A DNA stretch of 64,000 bases from Blasia pusilla (Eukaryota): positions 46,004,001 to 46,068,000 of the forward strand of contig CM114271.1 in assembly GCA_050084515.1 (NCBI GenBank), written 5' to 3'. The notes beneath the pieces were generated by a model. That model was given only the letters and a program-made list of their open reading frames with translations, was not told the DNA's origin and did not search any database. Positions 10,421 to 22,788 of the stretch are shown one piece after another. How positions within the stretch are numbered: the stretch's first letter is position 1; every line of letters begins with the position of its first letter. The translations under genes and the position numbers were made by a program.

Positions 10421-13400
10421 CGAACTCATGTTCCTGATTTTGGTTGGGAGAAATCAATGCAAAAGTGTTGCCAAAATTTATGTAGGAGAAGAGACATTGG
10501 GATTTACAAGAGTCCCCATCAATTTTTATTGGAAGTTTTGATTCAAAATATTTTTTGACGCAATCGTAGTTTGGTAAGTTGTGCATTTTGTGCAATAGAT
10601 GGTGCACAACTTGGAGATGCAAACAAAAAGTTACCATCTCCATTTTTTGAGGATGCTATTGCAACTCCACCTACACTGGTTTCACCTTTTAGCTTATATA
10701 GGGTTCCAACCTTCTTGCCCTTCATCAAGATTAAGACGCCTTTTGAAACTCTTAGAACTCCACTCTCCATTGTCGATATGCACCCATTATTATTCAGAGA
10801 ATCAAGATAAATCAAGTTCTTTGGTATATCTGGGATATTTCTCATCTTAATCAATGGTTGAATAGTCCCATCAAACATCTTGATATGAATAGAACCAATT
10901 CCTACTATCTTGCATGGCATGTCATTCCCCATCATGACAATTCCACTAGCCTAGTTGTAATATGTCTTGAAGCTTTCTTTTCGAGGACACACGTGGTAAG
11001 AGAAACCATAATCCATGAATCACAAATGATATCTCTTCCGGAAGTTACAATCAATACATAATCATCTCCATCTATCTCTGGCCACGCTAGCTTGTTGAGA
11101 GGTCTAAGCTTTCTCTCTTTGTATGTTTCTAGGTGGGTCCTTTGTTTGGCACTCTATACAATATTTCTTCATATGGCCTACCTTTCCTCCGGTCTAACAT
11201 TAACCTTTCACATTACTACTACTAGATAAAGACTTCGACCTATATGTGCCTTTGCTTTGACTCTACCAATTGGTCTACCTCGGGCAATAAGAGCCTATGA
11301 GTTTTTCTCCTCACTACTTGACATCTTTCTAAACTCATAGGATAAAAATATCAAAGTGACCTCATCCAACTCTATTGTATCTTTACAATATATTAGAGTA
11401 GTGATTAGGTGCTCAAAAGAACTAGGCAATGATATCAACAATAGCAACGCTTCATCTTCATCTTCTAGATTTACCTCCATACTTGCTCTAGCTTTGCATA
11501 CTCATAGATGACTTGATTGAGAGTGTGCAGATGCTCCATCCGATTTCCGCTTTCTTTCATACGCAGAGTGTACAACCTCTGTTTCAAGGATAGTTGACTT
11601 GTCAAAGACTTCGTCATGTATAGCCTCTATAACTTTTCCCACAACTTGGATCGAGAGTCTTCATTCATAAAATTGTACAAAACCTCGTCTGCAAGAGTCA
11701 AATGAATTTGACCAATAACTCTCCAATTGATGTCCTTCCACTCTATGGCGGTGTCGTGTCGAGAGTCTTTCTTCGAGCAAGGGCGGGCCTTCTAGCTGCG
11801 GTAGATGCGGTTGATGCAAGGTGAACTCTCTAATAAGTTCTCCTTTTTCAATATAAAATTATGATGTACACTCTCCATTCTCTCATGACAGGTATCACAA
11901 ATGGAAGTGCCGAGGCGATCACTTCTTCGTAACATCGGACCCCAAAATTCCTAACTATAAAATCCCTATAAACTATTTTACGCTTGTACACGAGGAAGAT
12001 AGCACAACTAGTGTTAAACCCTATTTGAGCAGGCCTATTGACATCCATGGATCGCTATATAAGGACATACAAAGTACAATCCCATGTCCTTCCATATGTG
12101 ACAATAGGAAGAATCACCGGAGTTGGAGATTGCATGACCTGGTTCATGAACGCCTCCCCAAAGTGATAAACTAAATAGCGAGTGAACCAGTGCCTATCTA
12201 CAAAGAGTACCTTGATATGGTAAGGATTGAGGAAAGGAAAGTCGGGCATAGCTCGTGCTCCACCCCTATCCATGCCGGACACACATTCTCTACTCTCCTC
12301 AAGAATGGGTTTTGGCGGAGTTATTCTCCCAAGAGGGGTAATCCACTCTCATTGGGGAAGTAACAAGCCAAAACTTCCGCTATTTTAGTATGACTAAACT
12401 CCTCTACGGTGACAAACCTCTCATCCCCACACACACACACCACACTCTAGAAATCTCTCAAAGAATAGTCCATAGTCAAGTTACTCTCCCAAGAGGGGTG
12501 ATCCACTCTCATTGGAAGAGCAAGGAATCCCAAAGCCATACACTCAAGAGAGACACGAGAGACTCAAGATATGAAATAGAAGGTGATGAACCCTTGAAGG
12601 TCCCTCCTCTTTATATACTCACAAGGGATCGACAAGAGTACGAAATAGAGCTTATCTTATCTTGTGCCACATGGCTTCCTCCCAAGGCTTAGCCAATCAC
12701 ATTTTGACACAAGTAGATTTCTTCTTATATTTTCCAAAATATCCTCTTTTACCCTCATGATATTTTCCAAATTACCCCAACTAACCTAGCGACCAACCAA
12801 GACTACTTTTGTTTTTCATTAAAGCAACTACTTTACTTTTATAAAGTCATCTTTTATTTATTACCTCCTTTTCCTAAAGTTGGGCCCGCATAAAAGAGGC
12901 ACCATAAAGAGGTTTAAACATAAGAATCTCCTTTTTCTAAGCCAATTTACTTAATACTAATGAAACTCTATCTAACACTTAATGACGAAGGAGTTTACAC
13001 ACTGGTTGATTTTACTATACGACAACGGTCTTGTCCTCCGATTTCTTCTCCAAGGCCGTATGCATCTTGTTTTGAACTAGCAAGTCACTCACCTTCAATT
13101 GGCACTATCCAATATTGTTCTTCCCATCAAATTTCTCCACCTCTTACTTCATTATGGGAATCTTTCCCTCCATCGCAAAAATTACATAACCTATGATTTA
13201 ATACCAATTGTTGGAAGAAATTGGACAATCTCTCATATGAATCATACATAATGTATGTGGTCCACTTCTTGTGCGGAAGCTACATCCACGATCAAACATT
13301 CTAAGTTTGCTTTATTGAAATCTGCACACATTATACATCACGAGCTCTCCAAGACTCACTCTCAAGCCTAAAGTCGTGCACATGTAATGATTCCAGAACC

Positions 13401-13530
13401 CTAGCATGGTTTCAGCTAGATAGCCACAAAACTAGTGTGTGTACCATACCACATCATCTAGCTCCCACACCCTCGCCGCCAACGTGGGCGCGATCATAGC
13501 CGGCAAGCAAGCTCACCTTTCAAGGACCTT
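10420..13530 (-). mobile_element. Degenerate Tnt1-like Ty1/copia 5' part (LTR end, PBS, gag, protease), interrupted by a solo LTR
   Basis: Degenerate tRNA-iMet PBS TGGTATTAAA follows CCAACA at ~13197-13214. Gag start MEGKIPIMK.EVEKFDGKNN at 13173. Gag core LYMTKSLTSQLSLKQRLYTLRMKE and EDEALLLLISLPSSFEHL. Protease region MGNDMPCKIVGIGSIHIKMFDG (10543-10935). Confidence 0.85.
11752..13024 (-). mobile_element. 1.27 kb solo LTR inserted into copia gag
   Basis: Termini TGTCGT...ACGACA (TG..CA, inverted). 4-bp TSD GCGG/ACGG. Removing it restores gag in frame (..EDKTAIEWKDIN..). Minus-strand TATA-like TATATAAAG near 12609-12617. Internal ~40-bp direct repeat at 12321 and 12481. Confidence 0.8.
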
Positions 13531-15229
13531 AATGTTGTCAATCTTGTAACTAATAGAAGTACATAAACACAATACTTAGAGGGGGCGCCCATGGAGGATA
13601 ACCATCAGATTGAGGCTTGGAGACTCTACTATGATCCACATTACGTGACCAATTTCAGGGCTGGGAACCCAAATATGGATGGAGTTGTTTCCAGATGAGT
13701 AAGAGGAGAAGCTAGGGAAGGTTACTTCCATTTCCACTAGTGAGAGTCATGGAGGGGTAAGTTGGACTAGGGAATTTTCATCCTCTAGTTGGTTTGTCTT
13801 AGGTTCAACCCTATGGTTGAGTTCTATGCAAAGTTGTAGAGAAACTACTAGGGGATAGTTTGCAACTACCAAAATAACCACCAAAGAATCGAGCCACCAT
13901 AAGTTAGACTCACAAGGAGTCATGATTTCTTGCACCACCACTACAACAACGTGTACCTCAAGAGAGGAGTGGGGCACCTTGAGCTTAGAAAGGTTATCAT
14001 CAGTATGTGCCACAACAACCCATGCCATCATTTACAAGTGAGTTGTAGTTGCCAAGAGTTATTATTCGGGCCTCCAATGGAGCCCATTGCTAGCAAGATT
14101 GCACATGTCAAGATAGTATACGTGTGCCCTAGGTTGGAGGAGTGGAAAGGCCACCACCAAGAGTGTACCACTGTGACCATTGTCAGTAGTATGGTCCTAC
14201 GTGTGCTAGATGTTTTAGCTACCACCCTTAATTACGTATGGATTGAAGGCCAAAGAGGGCATTAGAGCAAGTTGGCAGTCCAGATGGGCCTAGATGGTTG
14301 TGTGCCAAATGGTCCCGTAGGAGGACGAAGAGTTGGATTTTCCCGTGGTGGTGGTGGATATGCTTGTGCAAGATGTAGAGATCTGCCACCAAGACAATTT
14401 GAGGGAGACTTGGGGTGTGAGGTTGCATAGATAGAGCATTGACAATAACAGATTGGTGCAATGGCGTTGAGGTTATCTAATGCAAGGTCAATGATGTTGA
14501 CCTCATATGGAGTAGCCAGAGATAGGGAGGATCCATGTTGGATGTGCGAAGCTACAGAGATGGAGGTAGTCTTTGTCATTATCTATGGAGTAGCCATACA
14601 ATTGGATCCACATAGGGAGGAAGTCACAAAATTTACCAAGTTGCCCCAATCCTTTACTTTGTTCAATGCGATGAGGATCCCATTAATGTTATTGATGTGC
14701 ATGCACGAAAAGTGCTGAGAGAAGCAAGTGCAAAGACTCTTATAACTATTGCTCATGCGGAGCGTGTGTTGAGTACATTGTTGGGGGAAGCCACTACTAT
14801 GTATTGTGCCCTATGGTTTTCAGGTGATGATGTTACGATATTGGGAGATAAGACCGTTGAGATTTTTTGGTTGGCCGCTACGTTATATGAGCGTGGAGAT
14901 TGTGTTACATCCTCATGTTTAGAGGTAATTACATTCATCCACCTCACATTCATGGCAGGTTGGAGCAATAAGGATGGCAAATATGCCCGCTAGACTCGTG
15001 GTAGAGCGTGCCATGGTTTCTCCATTTGTTGTCTTGTTGGATAACCAAGAAGAGATATTCCAGTTGATGACTCTAGGAGATAGAGCGTTCAGACTGCAAC
15101 GCATCTTGTTGGACTTGGGAGTGCAATTCCAAGCTTCATATTTCTTGTGGAATGCAGAACACTCATTGAACTTATTTAAACCGAGACTTGGCTAGCGGCT
15201 CTAAACACGAAGTACAACTAGTTGGGTGC

Positions 15230-16903
15230 CACACGTATGGATGTATATTGAAATCCAAAAATAGACTATGCAATCTCTACCAAAATCAAGGCATCCAACA
15301 AACTCACTTTTTCTACTTCACCATGCATTCAATGTTGTTTAGTAGATATTTGTGAGCAAGATTTAGCATGTTGCACGGGAGAAGAATTGGTTGTCCACTT
15401 CCTTCTAACTCCTCTCTAGCCATCCCTTCCTCCTCGAAAGCATCCCAAAGTCTACTCTGAATTATGTGAAAGTCCTTTATATTTTCAATGACAAAGCCCA
15501 TGGCTTCATCTAATACATAACCCTCTGCCATGCAACCTTCTAGCTTTGCTTTAGAACATACATATTTTTTTATCACTCCCCTAATCACCTCCATGTACCT
15601 CTCAAAAGGGTACATCCACCATTAAGCTATTGCTCCGCATATATCTAACTCCTCTATCACATGTATGAGAAGGTGAGTCATAACATAAAAAAAGGAAGGA
15701 GGAAAATGGATTTCAAGCAAGCAAAATATTATTACGGTGTCATGATAGAGCTTTGAATATTGGGTGGGATCCCAAACCTTGACCTCCACATGATTTCCAT
15801 TTGAACTCCATTCTTCATGAGACCTCTTACGCAGAAGGGCATGATTCCATGCATGAAAACATGGAAGTCATGCAACTTCATATTCCCCAATTTTTTCTTC
15901 ATCACATGCTTCTTCAATGCATTGATGTACCTTGTTAAGACCTTCAAAGCCTCAATCCTCAGGAGAAATATAGATATTTCTCTAGATGTTAAGACATGAA
16001 CGACCATTGGCTTTACCAAGCTCCCACTCCTTGATGGATGTTGTTGCAACTACAAGTGAGGGCGAATCCTCTACTTCTCCATATCACACCTAAACTTCAA
16101 GGTATCTTTAATGCCAAAAATGTTCTTCACAAAATTCTCAATTATGTTCTTCTCCACGTGCTTGACATCTAGCGTATGCCGAATAAGGAGATGCTGGGAA
16201 ATAATCAAGGTAAGAAAATTTTCCCTTAAAAGCATACCAAGACTCTTATAACGTTAATACATAAATGGATACTTCCTAATAAGGCAACTTGAATAGCAAT
16301 GCCTTCCTCTTCACACATGTCCGCTTGTATGGATCAAAGGGTCCATCCTCTCGGCCTCCGATAGTGTCATACACCATCTTCTCCTCAGCCCATTGGAGGA
16401 TTCCTTGGGTTGAAACTCTCTTGGGTGATGGTCTACCCTCCCCACATTCATCAAAATTAATACTATACCTTTCACACCTCCACCCATGTCTCGGTGGTAG
16501 ATATCGATGATGACCAAGGAATATCAATTTACCTCATTCCTTAGAAAATTCTGACTCAACTCAAGAATCACATACTGCTCATGCCAACTTTCCTCCATGG
16601 TTGTGGCCAGAAATTAGGCCAAATGTTGGATAGTCATTTATTGTCCACATGATAAGGGCTCAAAAAGTGAAATCCCCTCCACTCCAAGTTTCTTAACATC
16701 ATAAAACTCGACACCGTTCTACAACTCTACAAACTCTTCCACCAAGGGCGCCAAATAAACATCAATGTTGTTCTAGCTAGCACTCTCCTTCCCTTGAATG
16801 ATGAGAGCCCATTGAAGGAAAATTTTATTGGTTTGTAGCCAAGGGGGAACGTTATAATTCACCAAGATCAAAGGCCAAGTTGACCAAGTACTAGCCATCC
16901 AAT
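15230..16903 (-). pseudogene. CACTA transposase tnp2/TnpD, core to C-terminal part (Transposase_21, DUF4218)
   Basis: Motifs STWSTWPLILVNYNVPPW, NIDVYLAPLVEE, GHHRYLPPRHGWR, HTLDVKHVEKNI, KLHDFHVFM and MYPFERYM..KLEGCMAEGY. Many stops and frameshifts. Confidence 0.9.
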
Positions 16904-19394
16904 GCGCGACCAAATATTCATAATTTCATGGAGGAGGGATAAGAGGAGAGGAAAAAAGGAGAGAGGAGAGAGAAACTCTTGTCAACCCCAAGAGATTATT
17001 TATTTTGAAGAGAGTTTCCTGTGATTTGAAGAGAGTTTCCTATGGGTTGAAGAGAGGGAGGAAATTTTTGGAACATATTTTAAAATTATGTTCTCTTTCC
17101 TTAATTACTCCCACAAAATATTTTTCATCTTCCTCACTATAGCAACCTGTCTGAATTTGACAAGTTACAGCATACATGAAACATTCATGTATCCAATCAT
17201 GTCTCAGCACATAGTCATACAATTAAAAAAATCATTGGAAGGACAAATGTGGATCAAATCACTTTTCTATCAAAGGTCTGAAACGAAAGATCATTGAAGC
17301 ACATTAATGAAAGTTCAAGTTTTTAGTGAACAATATTGCATCCTCATGTTGCATCCTCAGAGTGGCTTGTTTAGGATATTTTGCACTTTTTTCAGGGATA
17401 AACTTGGTTGGTGGATTTCTACTCCAAGCTCTGACTCTATAAAAGCTACAAGCAAATAATAATACATGTGCTTATAAGGGAAATAACTTTTTCCCCTTGT
17501 CTCTCTTTGGAAAAAGTCACGTTCCATCATAATGTTGCATCCTCAGAGTGGCTTGTTTACGATATTTTGCACTTTTTTCACGGACAAACTTGGTTGGTGG
17601 ATTTCTACTCCAAGCTCCGACTCTATAAAAGCTACGAGCAAATAATAGTACATGTGCTTATAAGGGAAAATTACCTTTTCTTCCCTTGTCTCTCTTTGGA
17701 CAAATTCATCACAAGAACATGTGGGAACGCAACAGATGTGTACAACATACACCCAGAAAAATTGGAATTCACGGTGTTGTTCTTGATCCAATACATTTTT
17801 CCTACTACATTCCCACTATACGCATCTTTTATGGCAATGATATCCATGTTGGCCTCCTTAGCTGATGCGATTCACTTTGCCCTCTCCATCAATGGCCTGC
17901 ACATTCTATTTCTCATCACTCCATTTCTTGACTCAAAAAGAAATAGTGGATTGAGATCATCCACCTTCTTAAGATACAAGTTGACGTCAATATTATGTTG
18001 GATCCAAAATAAAAATATCTCTATAATGCAAATATGTTCCGAACTCCCTCCATCTACTAGTCTGAACCCTACACTTGTAAGATTGTCCATTTCCTCCCGA
18101 GTGCAATTTGTTCCTACGGTAACGGGCCAAATCGTGGGGGATATTCCTTAGAGCTCCAATCACAACTATATATGATTTTCTCAACGCGCATGATTCATTT
18201 GGGCAAAAGAAAGACTTCAATTGATTCTCTATCCTTGTAACATGATCAAAGGTTTTAAGACCTCAGAAGCTTGGCACTAGTGGCCTTTTCCTTATACATT
18301 TCTTATTCAATAAAGTGCCGCATGCTCTCCTTATTCTACCAGATCGAGACCTATATGTGGATCCTCGTCTCAGTTTTCTTCAAGAGATATGTCACCTTTT
18401 GAGATTGCAGTGCACCTCTATGACACAAATGCACTATTGTTGAACAACCCTCGAGAGTGGATGATATGAAGTCCCAGAAATAGAGGAATTAAAAAATAAG
18501 ATATTCACAAATTTTGTAGAAGACACTCTAACCCAAACTTGGGGGCTTTCCGGTATTTTCGAATACCTAGGTGGGATGATTTCATCATCCACATCAATCT
18601 CCGAGTTGGTTCCTCGATGCTGACGCTTGACTCCTATGAAGCCAAGGTACTTATCTGGTATCTAGAAGTCTAGGAGTCTTGCTCAGATTGCTCTACCATG
18701 ATTTATATGGGACGTCTTGAAACAAGCCCACGAATCTTCCCACCAATATGGACATCTCTCTCTCTCTCTCTCTTGGAGTTTCGACTACGTATCGATTGAA
18801 GGCTTCGACATATATTTTCTCATCCCTAGATCTCACTACAACCCTCCAAACACCAAAAAATGAAAACTCATGTAATATGTTTGAATTTCACAAGTTGCAG
18901 AACCATACTTCCATAAACCTTTTCTTGCAACCACTCGATTTTGAACAATTTTTAGACTGATGCAATCTACCAAAAACGAGGAGTTTCCAAGCACAAATAT
19001 TTTCAACCAGTCGAATTGAAACGAGTTGCAACCCGAAAAAATCAATCAGGTTACACATATGAGTTGGAAACGAGAATATCTTTTACTCACATGCCGCATA
19101 AAGTTTCCCCATTGCCTTATATGAACAATCCACCAACTCAACCAGGGACACAATTCTTTATATTTCCTCGCAAATGCAAGCTTCCACCACCACACACAAA
19201 GTTCTTCTTGGCACTCCATGGCTTGTTTTAATGTTCTTCTATCCTTTCACCATTGTAGTAAAGCAATGTGCCCCATTCTCTTATTCTCCTTGATACAAGA
19301 TTTTGCATAGCGAGTCGCGCACTCTTGCAAATAGAAAACATCCAACGTCTCCCTTTCCAACTGAACTTCACCTCCCTAAAACATCTCTCATTCA

Positions 19395-20290
19395 TGTATT
19401 TTAGGATGGAATCGACGAGATCTAGTAGACAGCCTTCTCAAATAGTGGAGGACAACCTCACAAGGTTAAGGATGACCTACTCGGGCCATGGATAACCTGA
19501 GAGAGCAGGTTTCCCCTTCATTTGGATCATTTGGAGCCATATAGAGAAACTTACTATTTTGGGCAATAATCCATATTAAGTATAGTTGACTTTCCACTTT
19601 GGAAAGTGGCCCTTGACGCACTGCAATAGATCAAGAGCCAAGTAAGTGACCTGCGAGCATAGGTTACCGTGGAGAGAGAGTTTGGGAGAAGGAAGGATAT
19701 ATACCTACAAGAAAGAGAGTTTGAGATCTTATTCTCTCTTTGTAAATCACATGGATCTCTTATGCCAAATCAAACCCACTCTCCTAATTCGAGACTTAGG
19801 TTACACACACAAGGTAAGGAGGACCATAGATCCTCCGCCTCATTCCAAGAGGTTCAACAAAGAGAGAATGAACTCTCAAGTTCTCTTTGTGGGAGGTAAA
19901 CACCCTTCCCTCTCCTAAGCTCTCTCCATTGTAACCTAGCTCACATGTCACCTTCTTGGCTCTTGAACTATTGTAGTGCGTCAAGGGCCACTTCCTAAAG
20001 TGGAAAGTCAACTATATTCAATATGAAAACTTACCCAAAATAGCAAGTTTTTGTATATGGCTCAAAATGAGCCGAAACGAAGGGGAAACATGCTCTCTCT
20101 CTCTCGGTACCCAGGCCTCAATAGATCATTCTCGACCTCTTGAGGTTTTCCTCCCCTACTTATCAAGGCTCTCTAATATTGGAGATATTTTGGTACTTCT
20201 AATCTTGTTGTGTGGATTTCGTGAGTTAGCATGGGATCGTGTTTGTTTGTATGTGCATTCACTGACAGCGATGTATATTATGTAGTGATA
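19395..20290. repeat. Inverted pair of LTR fragments (family of 31673-32315) forming a long imperfect inverted repeat
   Basis: ~19426-19745 is the reverse complement of ~19856-20175 (e.g. GTTGACTTTCCACTTTGGAAAGTGGCCCTTGACGCAC vs GTGCGTCAAGGGCCACTTCCTAAAGTGGAAAGTCAAC). 20176-20290 is an inverted match to 31700-31805. Confidence 0.9.
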
Positions 20291-20679
20291 TGTATCTCTA
20301 ACAATAATCCATCTTGGTTGTGCATTGTTCGCCATGAACCCATAAATTTCATGGGATGAACTTTTTTTTTCTTCACCACATCCAGTAGGAGTAACCAACA
20401 CATCTTGAAGATGCCAACATCGTCTACCTTTACCTCACAAACAAATATGGTTTTGAGTCCCTTCTCCACATGGCCATAAACGTGTGCACCCATGGTCAAC
20501 CGTCCATTTAAAACCATGTAGAAATATCAAGGCTAAGCCACCTTTCAAATAGATCATTGTCTTTCTAAAAATTCTGCACTAGTTTTGAATGGTGAGATTT
20601 TTTTAGAGTTTTCGGATTCCAACACTTTGGAACTTGTGTTTTTGAAATCTATATATGGTTTCTAAGACTTCCTGCAACC

Positions 20680-21342
20680 TACAACTTGTTGGATTCTGAT
20701 AGGTTGAAACTTGATTTTACGCTCTTCCATGTATGGTTTGCATATGTTGTTTAGATCTCTAGTAACCTCTTATAGTTAGTTTTAATGTCTCGCACCCATC
20801 GGATTATGACAGGTTGCATGTCCGAATAGAACCTTTATGTTTCCTATTATTCCTTCATATGGACGTGAATTTTCTTGAAATTTTGTATTTGTTATGTCTT
20901 GCAACTTGTTGGATTCCGGAAAGTTGTAAAGAGTGTCTATGTTATCCTTATTCTTTCTTTTTTCTTATACCTGAGAGTCATGTCTCACAATTTTTCCACT
21001 TCTTATCATGTCTTGCAACCTGTCGGATTCCAATGGGTTGCATGTATGACTAGAACCTATGTGCTTCCTTTTTGCTTATATCTTGTCATACAACCTGTCT
21101 GATTCCAACAGGTTGCAGGTCGGGATGATCGAATCTTGTTTCTTTCCTTCTCTGATGAGTCATATCTTACAACTCTTCCTCTACTTGTCATCTCATGCAA
21201 CCTGTCAGATTCCGATAGGTTTCCTGTGTGAATGCTTATCTCTTTTCCTCTCGTTCCTCTATTTACCTCTGATTTTCTGAGGGGTTGCAAACTTCTCTTC
21301 CCTTCTCACCTCTTGCTCCATGTGGGATTTTGACAAGTTGCA
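20680..21342. repeat. Array of 29-bp palindromes, consensus TGCAACCTGTCGGA-T-TCCGACAGGTTGCA, mostly ~110-bp period
   Basis: Copies start at 20680, 20791, 20900, 21014, 21089 and 21196, with weaker ones at ~21262 and 21314. Confidence 0.85.
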
Positions 21343-22309
21343 AGAGTGACTTGTTGGATCTGCCATCTATCAAAATTCATATCTAATTTTCTCAAATGAT
21401 TTTACGCAACTCCCACAATGAGTTCTTGATTCCTTTATCGTGTTGGCTTCCTTCACTTCTGACATATGTGTTTAACCACAGTTGCCAAAGGCCCATTAGC
21501 CTAAAAAAAGACTCTATAAAGCCATTTCTTTACATCCACACTATATCTTTACTACTTTGTGTACCCTCTCCTCCAAGTTCAAGTCTATCTTTAGTATCTA
21601 TTTTCTTACAATATGTAGGATTCTGAAAAACTCTAATGAAGGAATGATGGAGTGTGCGAGTAAGCTTATCACAAAATCACCTCTCCTCTCTTTGAATTCC
21701 TTTATCTCCAAGACTCTTATATCTCGTTGTTAAATTTTGACAAAGTGTTGTGTTGGGAATGATGATGGGAGTCTAGGATTAAGAGCCCTTAATACTTTCA
21801 TCTATTGAGAATTCTAATCCTTCACTCCTTAAGTGCACTGTCGTCACTCGTATTTTCAAATATGAGGATTCAATACCTTTTTTTGACCCCATAGTTTGAG
21901 TATTTTTTAGCACCAGTGATTTTTTTTAGAATAGTTGTTATATAGTGGTAAAATTCCCTCCAAATGGTTCTGCAATAATATATACCCTCTTGCTTGAGTA
22001 AATCGGGCTTACAAAGATCGAGAATGAGTTAAGTATATATGTTTGAAGTGGTCTTCATAACTTCTATCTTCACATCCTGGTCTAAAAAGATGAGGTTTGT
22101 TTTGCCCCAACCTGGTCCACTTGAAACTCTCATTTGAAAATTTCTTGCATTTCAAGTAGAGGAGTATGTTAAGAAATAGAAGGAGGTTTTGAAGAGAGGG
22201 AGCGGATTTTGCACTTTTTTTTAGAAGAGAGACTCTCCTCTCTTCCTCTCCTACCAACATACTAGCATCCAATTTCGTGGCTCTCTTGCAAAATCTGGGT
22301 ACATATGAT

Positions 22310-22716
22310 TTTTGGATTCTCAACATCCATTTCTCTGAGCATCATTAATATGATCGGCCCCCTTGTATGAAAAGAAGCCTAGATTGATGGTTGTGACTTA
22401 GACGTCGAAGGAGTCATAGTAATATGACGTAGGTGGTTACAGGAGTAGCGTTACTAGGATTATCTAACCTTACATTTCACCCTGATGCAACAAAATTTCT
22501 ATTAATGGAAATGAAGAAAAATATGTAAAAAACTCTAGTTTCCCGAGTAGTGAAATAGTCGAGAGCCGCAACGGTAGCGCATTATCGTATGTCGAGTTAT
22601 CTCCATGTTCAGGTTCCATCGAAGCTCTTTTGTGAACGCTCGGACGGACTAGGCCACTTTGTATCTCTAAGTTTTGTAAAGATTTCAATGATTTTGTCAC
22701 TTTATGTTTTCTCACA
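22310..22716 (+). repeat. 5' LTR of copia element
   Basis: TTTTGGATTCTCAACATCC (TG changed to TT) ... TTTTCTCACA, followed directly by the PBS. Confidence 0.95.
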
Positions 22717-22727
22717 TGGTATCAGAG
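22717..22727 (+). promoter_or_regulatory. Primer-binding site complementary to tRNA-iMet
   Basis: TGGTATCAGAG immediately after the 5' LTR. Confidence 0.95.
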
Positions 22728-22788
22728 TAGTAGGTTTTGCAGTATTTTGTATCTAGCGATCTAGTGTGTTTGCACAAAATCTTGAGAG

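Larger units (their letters stand above)
16904..22259 (-). mobile_element. Unclassified ~5.4 kb insertion with SWIM-finger coding remnant, palindromic repeats and ~15-bp flanking direct repeat
   Basis: Flanked by TACTAGCCATCCAAT (16889-16903) and TACTAGCATCCAAT (22260-22273). Excision restores tnp2 in frame (AREPRNWMASTWSTWP). SWIM-like HICCVPTCSCDEFVQRE..FPYKHMYY at ~17620-17750. Confidence 0.6.

Noticed and set aside
13560-15200. Possible gag-like remnant
   Set aside because: Many short ORFs but no convincing motif; family cannot be assigned.
17468-18151. 227-aa plus-strand ORF
   Set aside because: Antisense to the SWIM-containing frame and spans a local tandem duplication; no motifs.
20680-21342. 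CRISPR array
   Set aside because: Eukaryotic context, no cas genes, degenerate repeats, and spacers of uneven length that resemble one another.
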